Part shown: in pieces, positions 40,640-54,600 of the stretch | Layout: the number at the start of each line of letters is the position of its first letter | How positions within the stretch are numbered: position 1 is the first letter of the stretch | Assembly (NCBI GenBank): GCA_016906335.1 | Contig: JADEYG010000002.1 | Span: 1,240,001 to 1,304,000 of the forward strand | Length of the DNA: 64,000 bases | Origin: Novakomyces olei | Lineage: Eukaryota | Direction of reading: 5' to 3' | Notes under the pieces: model-generated | Told to the model about the DNA's origin: nothing | What the model saw: only the letters and a program-made list of their open reading frames with translations | Databases searched by the model: none | Made by a program: the position numbers and the translations under genes

Positions 40640-42896
40640 TCAATTTTCTATCTTGCTTTCTTCTATGGTAGCAACATATTTCTGGTATCGCACCGACTCG
40701 CTAAGCAAATAGCTACTTTTCTTCTCCCAATTCCGCATCGCCTTTGCATAAGATTCGCTTTTGGGCGAAAACGCTTTTTCCATAAGCGCTCTTTTACTGT
40801 TGTGGGATTCGAGTTCCGCGTTGATCGAGTTCACACAAGCCTTAAGTTCCTGTTAAGTTAGCATTTGGCCTGGTAGTCGTGGAAGATACCTGTAGTTTTT
40901 GAGCAACTGGGACAGCTTCACAGAATGCCATATTTTGTTCTGGGTACTTCCATTCTACAATTTTAACTCCTTTATTTGGCGTGCCACTTTTCGTTGAGGA
41001 AATTGTATCAGAGGAATCATTAACCTCGCAGCATTTGCCCCAACCATACTCTGCATTCGTCACGTTTTCCGTCAGCCTTAGACCAGACACTAAAGCTGCC
41101 CATAAATTCGAACAATTTATCCAGTCGTTTAACGATTTTTCGGAGTCTGTCTCAAACATTACTGAAACACCGGAATGGAGCGTTAACAGTAACCGAAAGG
41201 TATTACTTTTAGTCGGTACCGGCATTCTCGTCGTGATACTGTGCGTAAGGGCAAATACAAAATTGTTTTCTTGCTATTTAGAGTAATGATAAAGTATTAG
41301 CGCTATTATCATCACTAAAAGGACTTACCTTTTTCCCCGTTTGTTCCCGATGAGAATATAAAGGTGCTGATCTCATATCGTGAACGGTCAGACAGCCAGC
41401 GTCAATAATAACAAAGCATGAGGCCCAATACATTCGTTGAGGTTTCTGGCCCCAGCCATCTTGAAAAACAGCATACTTGGCTTTATCAAACCTAACGTAC
41501 GGGATATTATAGCCCTGTGCCCGTGGCATCAACCGCGTTTCATCAAACTCTTCGTTAAACAATGAGCCTCTGGAAGGTCGATCGTGCTGAATATCATGCT
41601 TTTTGATTGTTAGTAATAATAATTTCGATATTAGACAAACATTTGATTTCTGTGACGAAGTCGTCCGCCAAGACGACAGGCTCAAATTGCGCAAGCTTTT
41701 CGATTTGCTCTTGAAAATTCGGGATTCTGATCGACTCAGATATCCTGACTGTGACGAAGTGCTTGATACCGAATCATCTATGATGAGCCCCGTAGTGGGC
41801 TTTTGTAACTCTGTACTAGCATATTTCGGTTGCCTTATCTTGTGCGAAAGAACGAGCCCATACCATTTCTAATCTTGTTAGTGAAAATCAAATATATTAA
41901 AAAGATAAAAGATAAGAAAAAGAAAGAAAAGGAGGCTAAAAATTAGGTGGTAGAATCACCATAAGAGCTCTGAGACGGCCAGCACAAGTCGTTTATGGGA
42001 TTGAGGGTAATACCTTGAGATCCTGACAAATAGCATAACGATGAGACGGAGAAATTTTATTTTCCGTGTCAAGCACGGTCATGGTATTCTCAACAAACTG
42101 TGTACGACTCATACGCTGCGTGTCATTGAGGTCGGCGACATGCAGATCCGTATTGAGAAGAATAAGGGAATAAGAAATGGAGTAGACTATAGAAATCGAA
42201 TAAACTGCAGACTCATTGCACTCTTTCCACCGATGGGCAAATCCAAGCAATAGCCGATCAATCTCTTGCGTCTCTCCGACAATGGTAAGACGAGCGCACA
42301 ATTTGCGCAACGCTTCAAGCACGTTTTGATTGCTAAAATCACATAGACCTAAAAAGCTTTTAAAAGTTGCTGAATTTAGCTCCTCACTGGTAATTAGCAT
42401 AAAAATGTCCATCACAAAAGGGATAAAAGAATAAGTTCGGGAGATGAAACCTACTCGCGAACCAGCCAGGACAGGATACTACTGTTTGGCATCGTCGTGG
42501 GCCGACCGTCAAATATACACGAAGCAATTTCGTCGCAGGTCCCGTGGCCAAAAGGTACGACGTCAGATGTGGCGCCCTCTGGTACCATGTCGCTCTTGTA
42601 CAAGTCAGCACATTTCAATAGGCAAGATCACATGCAAATTACCTCCTCATTTTCGGCTCGCTCATCGCCGGTCTTGATTGAATCTGCCTTTATTGAATCT
42701 GCCTTTATTGAATCTGCCTTTATCGAATCTGCCAAGTTCTATACAACAAATTAGATTTGACAAAGGCAAAGAGAAAAGTCAGGGCCGTGAAGCATTACAT
42801 TCCTTGAGCTGCATCATGTTAGTGTAATTATTCTTGAAGCATCTACATTTACCCAAAAAGCTCTCTCCAAAAATTGTTTTGTCGCAAGTTTTTCAT
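40640..42896 (-). CDS. Sec7-domain + PH-domain Arf GEF (Syt1/Yel1/Syt22 type), multi-exon; 5' end uncertain
   Basis: Sec7 motifs LEALRKLC, GETQEIDRLL..FA.RW..CN, SLILLNTDLH; PH end ..DWINCSNLWAA.VS..VTNAEYGW; C-terminal KA..NWEKKS.YLL.E. Confidence 0.8.
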
Positions 42897-43707
42897 AGCG
42901 CAGAGACTCGTTTTATCATTGCATGGCTATAGCGATTGCGGCAATGGTTGGCCGGGATATCGTGAGATTGGCCTATGTGCCTTCTCGTCATTCACATGAA
43001 CCACATTTTGGCCCTGGAAATTCAACTGGCTTACTTGTAATATGGTAAAGTGATTGGAAAATAAGTCTGAGACTATGAAGGGAGCATCTGCCACTCATGG
43101 GCCAAAGAGAATTGGATACAAGGTATTCATTTAGATAATGTGAATATAATGCAAAACTGGACTAGACCAAAACGGTACTAGACCAATTTTTCATGCGGCA
43201 CAGTGTCCTGTCCATTGGTCGTGGCGTCAATCTGAATCAATAATTATGTGCTCATTATAGCTGCAGGCAGCTTGGCTATTGTTAATGTAATATTAAATTT
43301 GTTTGATAATATTAATATACCCCTGAAAAACTAGCCAATCCTTACAGCCACAGCACATACAGCATTGTGTGCGTGGGATTTTTTTGCGCAAAGTTCTCGT
43401 ACCAAGGCGTACTGCTTGGATAGAAAAGTAGCAGCGGGATTCAGAGAGCGCAGTCGAGACTGGCAATCTTACGCGACAGCGAATTATGAATCCGGTTTTA
43501 AAATGCCCTCTAAATTGCTGGTAAACGAGATACCGAGAAATACCTTTATCGAGAAATGCCTTTATCGGAGGTACCGCAAAAGTGATAAAGTAGCAGTGCC
43601 ACATTGTAACGACGCTCTAGTTTGTTCGTTTCCACATTGCAAAGATGTAGTAGCAGGAGATCCAAAATGGCAATAAGGCGATGGCATCAGAGACCTCTTC
43701 GAGACCA

Positions 43708-44550
43708 TCAATTAGCAGGCCATTCAGGAGAAACCTTGAATCCTCGAAGTCAAGCCATAACGCACTGCTCGTAATGCCACCTTAATAATATCGGACTCGG
43801 CAAGTCTTCTCGAGGGATTAACTTTAAACCATGTCAGTTGCTTACCATTATGGAACAAGCGATTAGCGAAAAGAATGAACATAGTGTTTCCCGTCCTCAA
43901 CTCATATTCCAAACTCGTATCGATCAAAGCTATGGTGTAAGTTTTTGTCAAGAGTCAGTCCATTGGTAGCATCATACATGCCTATATTGAAAGAGTCGTA
44001 ACTTTCCATGATGCTGTCCAAAAATTCCTGACCCAGGCTGAAAGGAACAATATGACACGCCTCAAGCATATTCTTGTCTTTACGATCAGAGACCAGGCAA
44101 AAATCACTGTTGCGCGATAAGCATTCAATCCGAAGTAAGATTGTCGGGGAAGAGCTCCTGGAAGAGCTCCTGGAAGAGCTGCTTACAGACGATGAGGCAA
44201 ATAAAGACAACAGGAAGTTTTGTAAATATTGATTTGCTTTGAGGCCCCGGACGATATAGGATATCTTCAGCTAGCGGAAAGGTCAATGTCTAGGTCGTAG
44301 GCAATATTTGGTCGTCTATTGTGGAGAGAGTTGTCCCGTTATACAGCTCAATAGTGTCAGAGGCATTCGAAATGCAACATTTTGTGGCGTTCGCCAAATA
44401 TTCTATAGTCGTCACCGATTGGGAACCTGCGGTCGATAAAAACATCAATGGCACTGACAGAATTTTGACACCGGACGAATCAACAAGGTAAACGCATGGA
44501 CGACTTTTCCAGCTCCGTTCAGCAGTCAAATAATCGAGTGCCCTCAACAT
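43708..44550 (-). pseudogene. Disrupted fungal HNH endonuclease (HNH_2-like) gene
   Basis: Core CLVSD...LEACHIVPFS...NGLTLDKNLHHSFDRYEFGI and terminal LPSPILLRWHYEQCVMA*LRGF; internal stops at 44290, 43902 and 43750 plus at least two frame changes. Confidence 0.78.
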
Positions 44551-44855
44551 TGTGACAGAGTGCCATTGGCAGAATGACGATAACAACTTGTATAGGCATT
44601 ATTTGTTGTATTAGGAAAGAATTGGATTAAATTATTCATACTTTTGTTTACAGTACACTATATCGACATTTATTTATTTTTGAATTAAAACCAGCTCTGA
44701 GCTAGGAAATTAGTAGACGAATAGCAATTATTAGGCGAAAGAATCCGACCCCAATGAAGCGTTTTGCCCTCTCATATCGTTAGGGCAGAAATAATATATA
44801 TATATAATGAAATTAATCAATATGCCAATCATTACGGCCTCTGACCATTCATTAC

Positions 44856-46034
44856 ATGTATGACGAGTATCAGGTAGTGCAGCCACAGCCGGTGCGCACT
44901 ATTCAACCACGTTACCTCTCACCCAACTACGAACCGACGAAACCTAAACGGCCAAAGGCATGGAAGAAGCTCCTTTGGGTTCGACAGGACCAGTATCCAG
45001 ACAATTGGGTCGATTCAACGTTTTTGGAAGATTTGAAGCGGAATGGTACTGGATTGAAAACAAAAAGAAAGCTTTTATAATTGGCAGATTAATAGTTGAT
45101 TCTAATGCATTTAGCGAATGTACAAGCCTATGATCTATGGCCTCTGGTGGAAGATGCGATGCCAATTTTACAGCATCTTTGTTCTATAATTATATTCGCG
45201 TGCTTTTTCGTCGCCCTTCACCAAAATTTGATAAGGCCAGAGCCATTTGCTTTTGGATCCTCCGTTCTTACTTTGAGCGCTTTCATCTTTTGGGATAAAA
45301 CCGTCCCCGATGCGCAGCGAGATCTAATGTCCGAGAAACGTAAGCCATCCATCCTCTAGACGCATGCTTAAATGTAGGGCGGGGAACGGCAAAATCGAGT
45401 TTCTTTATAGTGTTGATAATGTTTTGGCTAAGCCCCATGCTGAAAAGTCTCACAATTTCAACGACAAAAGACTCTATTTGGGCTTTGGCCATTATCCTAT
45501 TTTTTGCCAATCTCGTGTTTCACGACTTCTCGACTTCCAGATGGGCAAATATCAAGTATGCCGATTGCTACGCGTCTTTTCCTTTGAAATATACTAATTG
45601 TCAAAAGGTTCCCAGGAAGTCTGGCCACAAACGCGGCAATTATGGCTAGTGTTGTACTCGCCTCACGATTGGCTTCAATTATCCACGTCTTTTCGCTGAC
45701 TCTTGTTTCGATGCAATGGTTTGCCTTGTTCCCCATATTTCGTCGGTATCTACGTACAAGTTTCCCCAATCTTCATACTGCCTTGACTTTTCTCCTCGTT
45801 GCTGGTGCCTGTATCAGTGTCGGCCTCGTTATTTCTCCAGGCATGGCATTTGCCTTGTTTTGCAGTTTTCTCACTGCAAGTTTCTTGTGCCCGTTCTGGC
45901 TCATCTCATTACAGAAATATAAAAAGTATGATGACCCCTTCACGAATTTTCACATATGCTTGCTTACTAACTTTTTTAGCGAAATTCAAGGGCCGTGGGA
46001 CATTGCAAAACCACAAATGCGACGGCACACCTGA
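44856..46034 (+). CDS. GPI2: GPI-GlcNAc transferase subunit C (PIG-C), spliced
   Basis: WKKLLWV.Q.YPDNWVD.TFLEDLKRN, LSPMLKSLT.STT.DSIWA, TNAAIMASVVLASRL, LQKYK.EIQGPWD.A.P. Confidence 0.93.
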
Positions 46035-46278
46035 GCCGTGGTTTGATGGGTTTTTATTTCGGTTGGGTTACGATTTTCATTAATTGCATTTATCAAGGGT
46101 CTGCCGCCATAATGGCCCCTCCTTTCTCTAGGAGCTTTCTCGGCGGTCTCTTTTCATATAGGAAATATATGTAGAAAGCATGTTTGTTGGCGTACAATAT
46201 TCTATGAAAATACAAAACAGAAAAGCATTTTATTTTCAGTTTCAGGTCGAACACGCTTCATTCATAGTCTATAGCTTT

Positions 46279-48136
46279 TTATCGACGTGGAACTCCGCGG
46301 CCACGGCCGCGTAAAGCCCTCTGTGCAGCACCTGGCGGAAGCTGACCCGGATGAGGCTGTGTCTGCTCACTCTGCTCGTTTTTGATTGTCTCGTCTACGC
46401 TCAGAATAAGCGTGGCTGCCTCAGACGCAGAGTATATAGCGTTTATCTTGACACTGCTTGGCTCCCAGACGAATTTGTCAAACAGATCAACGACTTGTTC
46501 GAGATTAATATCGATTCCAGCCCAAGTTTCGCCTTTTGCGTGCCGCATACGAAGCTGATTTAGTAGATCAGTTGAATCGAATCCAGCATTATCGCACAGC
46601 TGCCTTGGTATAACTTCAAGGGCACGAGCAAAAGCGATAATGAAATTCTGCTGTTTCCCAGAGATTGATAGAGCGTACTCCCGCAAGTACCGAGAAAGCT
46701 CCATTTCAATCGCACCACCACCAGCAACAACCATATTGTTTTTAATTGCACGTTTAACAATCATAATTGCATCGTGTAAACTCCGTTCAACCTCTGCAAT
46801 AAACTGCTCTGCTCCTCCACGCAGGATCAAAGTAACCGTGCGCGCTGCTGGGCACCCGGTGAAAATGTTGTACCTTTCCCCACCAATCTGGACTTCCTCA
46901 AACTGCTCGCACATACCAATATGATGAGGTTTTATATCAGAGCAAGTTGATTGCACAGAGCCGCCGACTGCCTGTACGACCCGACTCAAATCATCGGTTG
47001 GAATACGACCAGCACAAAATATTTGACGGTCAGCAAAGTACTGAGTGGCCAAATCGCCGATTGGAAGCCGTGACAATACTACATTGGCCCCGCTCTTTAC
47101 AATTGCTTCCAATTTTTGGAAAATAATTTGCCATTCTGCATCAACGATTGCTTGATAGTCGGAAACATGTTCAACCCGCACTTCAGCATTGTCCTTCTCT
47201 GCTTTAAGCTCCAATTCAACGTTCAAGCATAGCACCTTGGCGTTCTTGAAAAGTTTGGGCTGCTGCTCAAACCCAGCGTAAGAGAAGGCCTTTTTGAAAG
47301 CCACGCCTTTTACGAGAAACGAGTCTTCCATCGCACCACCAGGCACCTTTTTAACTCCAATAAGACGCTCGTTCAGATCGGACTGGTCGAGCGTAAGGAC
47401 CGCGTCCACCACCATCTCTGTAAACAAATCCGCATTAGAATAGATCAGTTTGGAAGACATGGCCGTTGACGCACACTTGAGTAGCAACTCTCGAAATTTT
47501 CTACAAGTTAGTTTTTATATAAATCTTTTCCCCTTGATCTTTGGCTTCAAGTTGCCCCGTCATCCAAATATTACAGCCTTCAACACTTACTTTGGATCGT
47601 CCTTTTCAATGGGAACCGCAATTTCCTTGATTCGGTTTACTGCCAACTGAGCGGCCTTTCGGTAACCTTTCATGATCAGGTGGGGGCTGATCCCTTCTTC
47701 CACAAAGCCACGAGACTCCTTGAGAAGCTCGCCAGCAAGAACAACCACGCTCGTCGTTCCATCACCAATCTCTGCATCTTGAGCACGGGCAATGTCCACC
47801 AGGGTACGAGCTGCAGGATGCACAATATCGAGTAACTTCATAATAGTAGCTCCATCGTTGGAGATAGTGACCTGGCCTCTTTCGTCCACCATAAGCTTAT
47901 CCGCACCTAAAGGTCCAAGCTGCGAATTAGACGCGCCCTGGTCTTTGGCAACTTACCGTTGTCTTTAGCGTATCTTGAACAGCAAGACATGCATTAATAT
48001 TGGACAAAAGCTGACCCCGACCTTGAGAATCATTGGTGCCCTCTTTAAGCACTACAATACTGCGTTAGCGCTTGGCGCGTCACTTTTGCTCCATGTTCTT
48101 ACCAATTATAGGAACCTGCTGTCCGCCGAACGACAT
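46279..48136 (-). CDS. CCT7: Chaperonin CCT/TRiC subunit eta, spliced
   Basis: [69 protein letters not shown]-terminal GRGRGVPRR. Confidence 0.96.
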
Positions 48137-48675
48137 GTTTGCTGGTGTACGCGTGCTTGTTTGATATTTTCGTTGCGTCTGCTTTTTTATTTTAATGTAT
48201 TCTATAATGATTGTGTCGCATTAATTTGGATGTCTTTTGTATAGAGAAGCGCACTGGTTTTTTTGTATAATTACATGTTTGATATACGTATAGTTATTGT
48301 ATTGTATTGTTTTATTTTATTTTATTTTATTATTTTATTGATTTCACTTTTGCTATGTGATCGTAATTAAAAAAATGTTATCAACAGATTTTACCAATTA
48401 AAAGTAGAGCAAAATGTTGTCGCGGGAAACGTTAATTGGGCCTTTAAATTGAGTATTGCAGTGTGAAGAGACTATGAATGAAAACGAGGCAATTTGCATT
48501 TGAGAAAGAAATTAATATACACATATTTCATAATTATGCAAAATGTCTGCAATCTGCACCAGTTTATGTACACACACCAGTCTTTTGATGGCTGTCTTTC
48601 CAAAGGTCAGCACTATTTGCCGGGTGCTTCAAAAAGTCTGTATCATTGGCCAGCATTTGGTATATCCAATGCTAA

Positions 48676-51600
48676 TTAAATGAATTTATTCAGGTCATTC
48701 GCAGCTGATAAAACGTACTGTAGACGGTGAAACTCTGCGACATCAATGTACAGAGCAAGTTTGTCCTTCACGCTTGCCGCCTTTACGGTAGGCATCCATT
48801 CGCCTGAGCAAGAGCAGCGGTCCGACATTTCTCCAGTATTTATAGACTTGCATTTACCACATCGCAAGTCCTGTATTTGGTACTCGTATATCAGTGACTG
48901 CAGCTCTTGTACGAGCAATTCCTCGACCACTAGCCGATCAATTTCGTTCCCACATTCACCACAGGCCCACGTGTGGCTGGCAACGGTACCGTTCTCCCCA
49001 ATGACTGGATACAAGTCTTCGTACCTGCACAAATCGAGATCAACACCGGCTCCACAAAAAGCACAGGGAAATTGGGCAATAAACAATCGATCACAGGGGT
49101 AATTGAAATCAGCGACTGTCGAAAATTCTGGGACATCGAGCACCTTGAGCAGCTCTTTTTTAAGCAGCCGGACCTCCAAGTCAGCCGGGGCATAGAGGCC
49201 AAAGATCCATGTCAAGAACTTTACTATATCCAAAACATGGTCCGAGGCGGAGGCTGAGTATAAACTTGACCGGCCCGGCAGTCGGGGTACTGAAAATTTG
49301 TCTCTTTCATCGCCGTCTACTATCGCCTGGGTACGCTGCATTTGCAGCTTTTGGATCCAGCGCCTCAAGGGAGGCAAGAAATGCTGCTGCACGAGTCCCT
49401 TGCCCAGGTAGTCTGCCCCGTCTGCGTCTTGAGCAGAGACTGTTCTCTGCACCAGTCTCTCGGACATCGTCTGCTTGCGTTTGAGCTTGTGCAGTTCGTC
49501 AATAAACTCCAGGATCCAAGCCTGGAAATCGGCCTTGTACTCGTCGGGAATAAAATTGCCAATGTGCCAGGACATTGTCAGGTCCAGCGGTTGCTGCGTC
49601 GAGGCGGACTCAATTATTTGCTTGGTCGACATGCCACCATAGTTTATATCATCTAGCCAGACAAGCGTGTCCCAGTACTCCACGATTGTCAGGTCCAAGA
49701 AATTGAAGATAGCTTTACTCCGTAGTGCTCGCACTATATACGATCCGTAAGCCAGAGCATTGGCAATCGTGGGTTTCTGTGTCTCAATCAGCAGCCGCGA
49801 CGGAGTTGCAAACAGCAACTGGGACCCAAAGCGTGCAATTTCAGCGTTCATTTGTAAAAAGGCTTTTTTTGTTATTTCTTGGACGAACGAGTAAATTGTA
49901 CGCGAATGAAGGAAGGCGTGCGGTGATTTAGTCCATCGCTCTAAATGTTGAACGAGTCTATCCGCCCTTAAATCCCCTTCGGACGACCGTTTCCACCAGT
50001 CAAGGACCATATCCTTGAAGATTGATATCAGCAGCCCTTTCGTGTCTGCACCTGCCTCTGTATCAATGGCCCGAGAATCGCCATCGCTAAAGGACGAGGC
50101 AAAGGAATCGAGCATGCCACTGCCTTCGGCCTCGTTCATGAGGACGTAATTGAGAATCCCGCTAATCGCCAAGTTCTTTACATCAATATCGATACATACA
50201 GAGGTGGATGCCCGCGACCGACAAATAGTCAAATCTTTCTCCGACTGTGACAGTCGCCATTTATTCGTTAGTGGTGAGTTCCACCATAGTGCTACACGCT
50301 GCTGCCGCAGCTTTCGAGCGTACAGAATGTCAGTGGTAAACAGTACATCATCAAAGGGCAAGTTCGCTACTGGAATATCAGAGAACCTGGCCAATTCGAT
50401 CCTGTGCTGGATCCAGCCATGAATGGAAAAATAGTGCCGCAGAAACTGTTTAATGCTCTCCTCCTGCCAGCTCAATGAGCTCAATTTATTTTCCTGAGGG
50501 CCATCGGAAAGGTAGAGTAATGGCCTCGATTCCAGAGATCGAAGGCTGTCTATAAGCTTGCGATCGCTCGTAGACTGGAGCACAGCAAAGCAGGGGCCTT
50601 GCGCTTTTGTGCTTATAAAATACTGGCTCGCGGCCTTAGATATCTCTGTAAACGCCTTCCTATGGCTCTTGAAACTGCTGCATGTAAACGCCATTTCTGA
50701 CGGGTATATATGCTCAGTCTTTTGTGCTTCACCAACAAACTCTTGGAAAAGGGAGCGATAGAGTCGCGACGGGTGTGGCAGTGTATTGTCTGCAGTATCA
50801 TTCGAGACAATAAAAACATCAGCCGTCTTTGACCCACTGCCAATAAGGCCATAAATGTCCCTGTTTCCTGCTTTTGCCGTGTAAAGGTAGACAAAATGGG
50901 CGGTTGTATTCGCTAAATAATTGCCGGCACTCTGTTTTGTGAAATCTCCAGTCTCAAAGGCCCTTTCAAATCCTTTTGCAAGAGCACCGGGTTTGTCGTT
51001 GGCAAACTGCCAGACACAGCCTTTTTCAATAATATAATTGACGACCCGTGGCACTTCGTGTTCGTAAACACCCTGTACAGCTTCGTTTGTCAAGAACGTG
51101 TCAATCAAAGCTTTGTTGGCAATATACTGCGTCTCTGGCATTGTGTATTTCACTAAGTTTCTAGAGTTTGATGCGGCATTAGGCAGAACCATTCTAGCCG
51201 GCGCCTGTTGACAGTCTTCAATGGGCAGCCGGTGACGGCTTGAGTTCCAGAAATTTACGTAAAAGGACCTGGCAATGCTGAGCCGTATCGTTTCCATCCG
51301 CCCGCAAGTCCATACGTACGCCTTTACTTGGCCAGCGAGGCCGACGTCTTCCAGGTACACGATATCCCAGTCTGCCCTCGACAGGGCCTCTAAATGCTTT
51401 TGCGTCCCGCTTGAAGCAGTAAGCAAAGACTTTTGCATTGTAGAAGATTTGCCAAATAACTGATGATGACGTCGGCGAGCTTGTAACTGTACTCGCCATC
51501 GCTTCCGCTCATACCTGAGCAATTCAGAGTAGGAGATTGATAGCCCTGGATTTGGTCCAATTTGACTATAAATCTCAGTGGAGTCCTGCTCGTTTACGTG

Positions 51601-54600
51601 CTTGCCTTTTCTTTTTGCGACTGTTACTTTTGCCAGTATTGGTAGCCCTGTACCAGCGTGTAGTGGACGACTGCTTAAATCCTCCATATCACCGAGTCTG
51701 GCCGTGTTTAATGCTCCTGCAGTCACATCGGCCATTGGCTGAGAAGCCTTCATTGACTGCAACATAGAGGCGATGTCCGTCTGCTGCAGTTTAGAATTTC
51801 TTTCCAGTACACGTTTGCGGAGCCAGTCGGGTAGGGGCACTCGGGGCACTGGATTGTCTATTTTTTGCATGGCCGCGGGAATGCTTATAATCTTTTGCAC
51901 TACTGAACCCAATCGCTCCATGTAATAGTCCCAGTCAATCACTTCACGAAGGTCAAATGTATCCATGCCGGGGTCTTTGAGCCATTTGCGCAAAAAGTGT
52001 CGCTTAACATCCTCTTCTGCAAAGAAAATATCCACCGGAATCGCTCGTTCAGTGACTGGGGCATTTGCAGGAAGGGCAGAAATGATATATTTACAGTTAA
52101 GACCGCGGCCTTTGATCATTTGTTCGCCCAAGAAATCTCCCAACCTGTGTGCGGTGGAAATAGAGGTCGATTTCTGAGAGCCATACTCCTCCAAGCTCTT
52201 TGACATGGATTTATTTTCAGAGATAAGGTCTACAAGCTCCTCGTCCGTCATGGTATAGCCTTTGCTGCTCAAAACATCGATCCATTTATCCGCAACTTTG
52301 GCCACTTCCCGGTAGCATTCTTGCAACGTTCTGCCTTGTAAAAACACTTTAAAAAGCTGGGATTGAAAGGTTTTGACCAGCCTCAATTCTCCCCGTCTTT
52401 TCACTTCGAAGCCTTTAAGTTCGGCAAGACTGCCGTCGTCGTTGAATACGGCGTAACGTTTTTTCAGGTTCTTGTCCTCCTCCTTTGAAGCAGGCAGGAT
52501 CATGGCCCTGTACGGTCCGTCCACTTCGAAAAAGATACTGTTCTCGCTAGAAACGTTGTAATCAAACCCTGTTTTATCAGTCAGCTCCGAGTATTGATGG
52601 TTTGTAAACTTTTGATGGACCAAATAGTTCAGCATGACGCAAGGGTACGAAACGAAAATGGACTTTCCATTATCGAGCTGTAGCTTAAAATCCTCGGGAA
52701 ATGAAAAAGGCAAAATGCACCAAATTCCGTCTGTGTCGAGCTCAAGCGGCCGGCCAATTCGCTCAACTAATGCTCGGGCCATTTGGATAATAGTGGCCCC
52801 AGTAAGGCAAGTTACTCCTGCCATCTCCATAGAGTACCACCTTGAACCTTTACGCATAACATAGCCATAAAACGAGTTTAAGATAACTTTGTGAGCCAGC
52901 TGGAGAGAATCGTAAAGAATGACCATTTTCTTGGCCTCTTCCGTGGCTACTGCATCGTTAGCAGCCACGCATTCTTCCACCTTGCGTTTCCAGACCTTTT
53001 GTAGCCCCTTGAAATCGTACCGTCTATCACGAAAAGACTTTACCGTATCAATGTAAAAAGGATTCTCCCGCTGACAGACAATAGTCTCCTTGTCTATTGT
53101 CTTTGACTCATGCAGCTTGTGGTAGATTTTGCGAGAGTAATCAGCGAGACGTTTCTGAATCTTCACCCGCTGCTCAGACTCGGGCAGCTGATTAAAAGAC
53201 CGCGGTGGATCGGTTGCGTATCGTCCTGGAAATGATTCATTTTCTAAAGCATTAACAAGCATATTGTAGTCAGCTTTGGTTGCTGGAAAATACTCCCCGC
53301 GCCACGACCAGATCATTCGCCGATCGCACGTTTTTCCGGGCACATTAAAGTCGCAGGTCGCACAGTCAGCTTCGGATTTTATAGAGTCAGGCTGAAGACG
53401 GTTCGTAATCATGATATTGGGATACATGGATGCAACATCTAAATGATAAATTTTTGGGCAGTCTTTGCGCTTGGGGTTATCACGCAGCTCTTGTAGACCA
53501 GCCCGAATTTGATGATAGACTTGGTCAAAGTTTTGTACCCTCTCAAAGGCGGTCTTGCTCTCGACTTCGACAGAGAACTTGAGTGCTGATTCCAGTTGCT
53601 CAATTAATTCGTCAATAGCAGTGGGATCAATTTCGAATTGCTCCTCAATGTCTTTCCGAAACACTCCCGCTTCCAGACTTTCAACGTGGCCTCCAACGTA
53701 TGTCTCCGATTCGAGCAAATGCCCATCGTGGAACTTAAGACCAGCATCTATATGCTTATTAGGCAAAACGACATCGCAGCTGTAGGCCTGTACCATAAGG
53801 AGCATTTCACATAATGTACCAGTTCCCTTGCGCAGTACTTCGTCCGGATTGAGAGGAATAATGTTACACAGAGAAAAGATGAAGGGGTGAACATACTTCA
53901 TGTATAGGTAAAAAGTAGCAACAGCATCGGATACGGAGTACTGAGCAAGAACTTGCGGCCTTTCGGCAGCATAGGGGGTCATTAATTCAGGATCGAGCTC
54001 AAGCGGATTGTATCCCAATTTAACAGTAGTAACAGCCTTCAAACCTTGACTGCCTTGAGGCAAATACGAATCGCGTTTGACCCACCGAAAACAGTCAAGG
54101 TGCGCACAATGATTTGACTTGTACTCATCCTCTGAATCCTTTTGAAATCCTATAGCAGCGTACATATCGATCCCGTGAACGGCAGCGCGGGCCTCTATAA
54201 ACGGCCAATCAAAAAAGTCTCCGTTGTAAGTGACCATGACAGTCGGCTTTGCATCCTGAATGTGTTCAAAGAACCGGACGAGCGTTGATTTTTCATCCGG
54301 TTCATTAAAGATAGTAAAGGGCCCCTCAAACTCGGGTTTTGGTGTATATTCAAAGTCTTCAATATCCTGAGACACAATCTCGCGATTCGTAATTAGAAAG
54401 CCTTGTCCGTCGATCATGTACGATATCATCATGACAGAATCGATTTGTGCATCAGGGAATTTGAGCGGCAGTTTTGTTGTCTCTATATCAAAGGCCAATA
54501 CAACAGGCTCAGCACGCTGGACACGTTCCGTAAGCTCTTTCAAACCGACAACGCCATGACGCGCTGTAACACGATACCATTTTCCTACCCGCACATCCAA

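Noticed and set aside
44271..44344. Intron that would rescue the HNH gene's TAG stop
   Set aside because: The GTATAA..CTAG splice yields an immediate in-frame TGA, and downstream stops remain
52880..52910. Alternative CUG genetic code
   Set aside because: CTG occupies the conserved Leu of Pol2 QLAHK, consistent with the standard code
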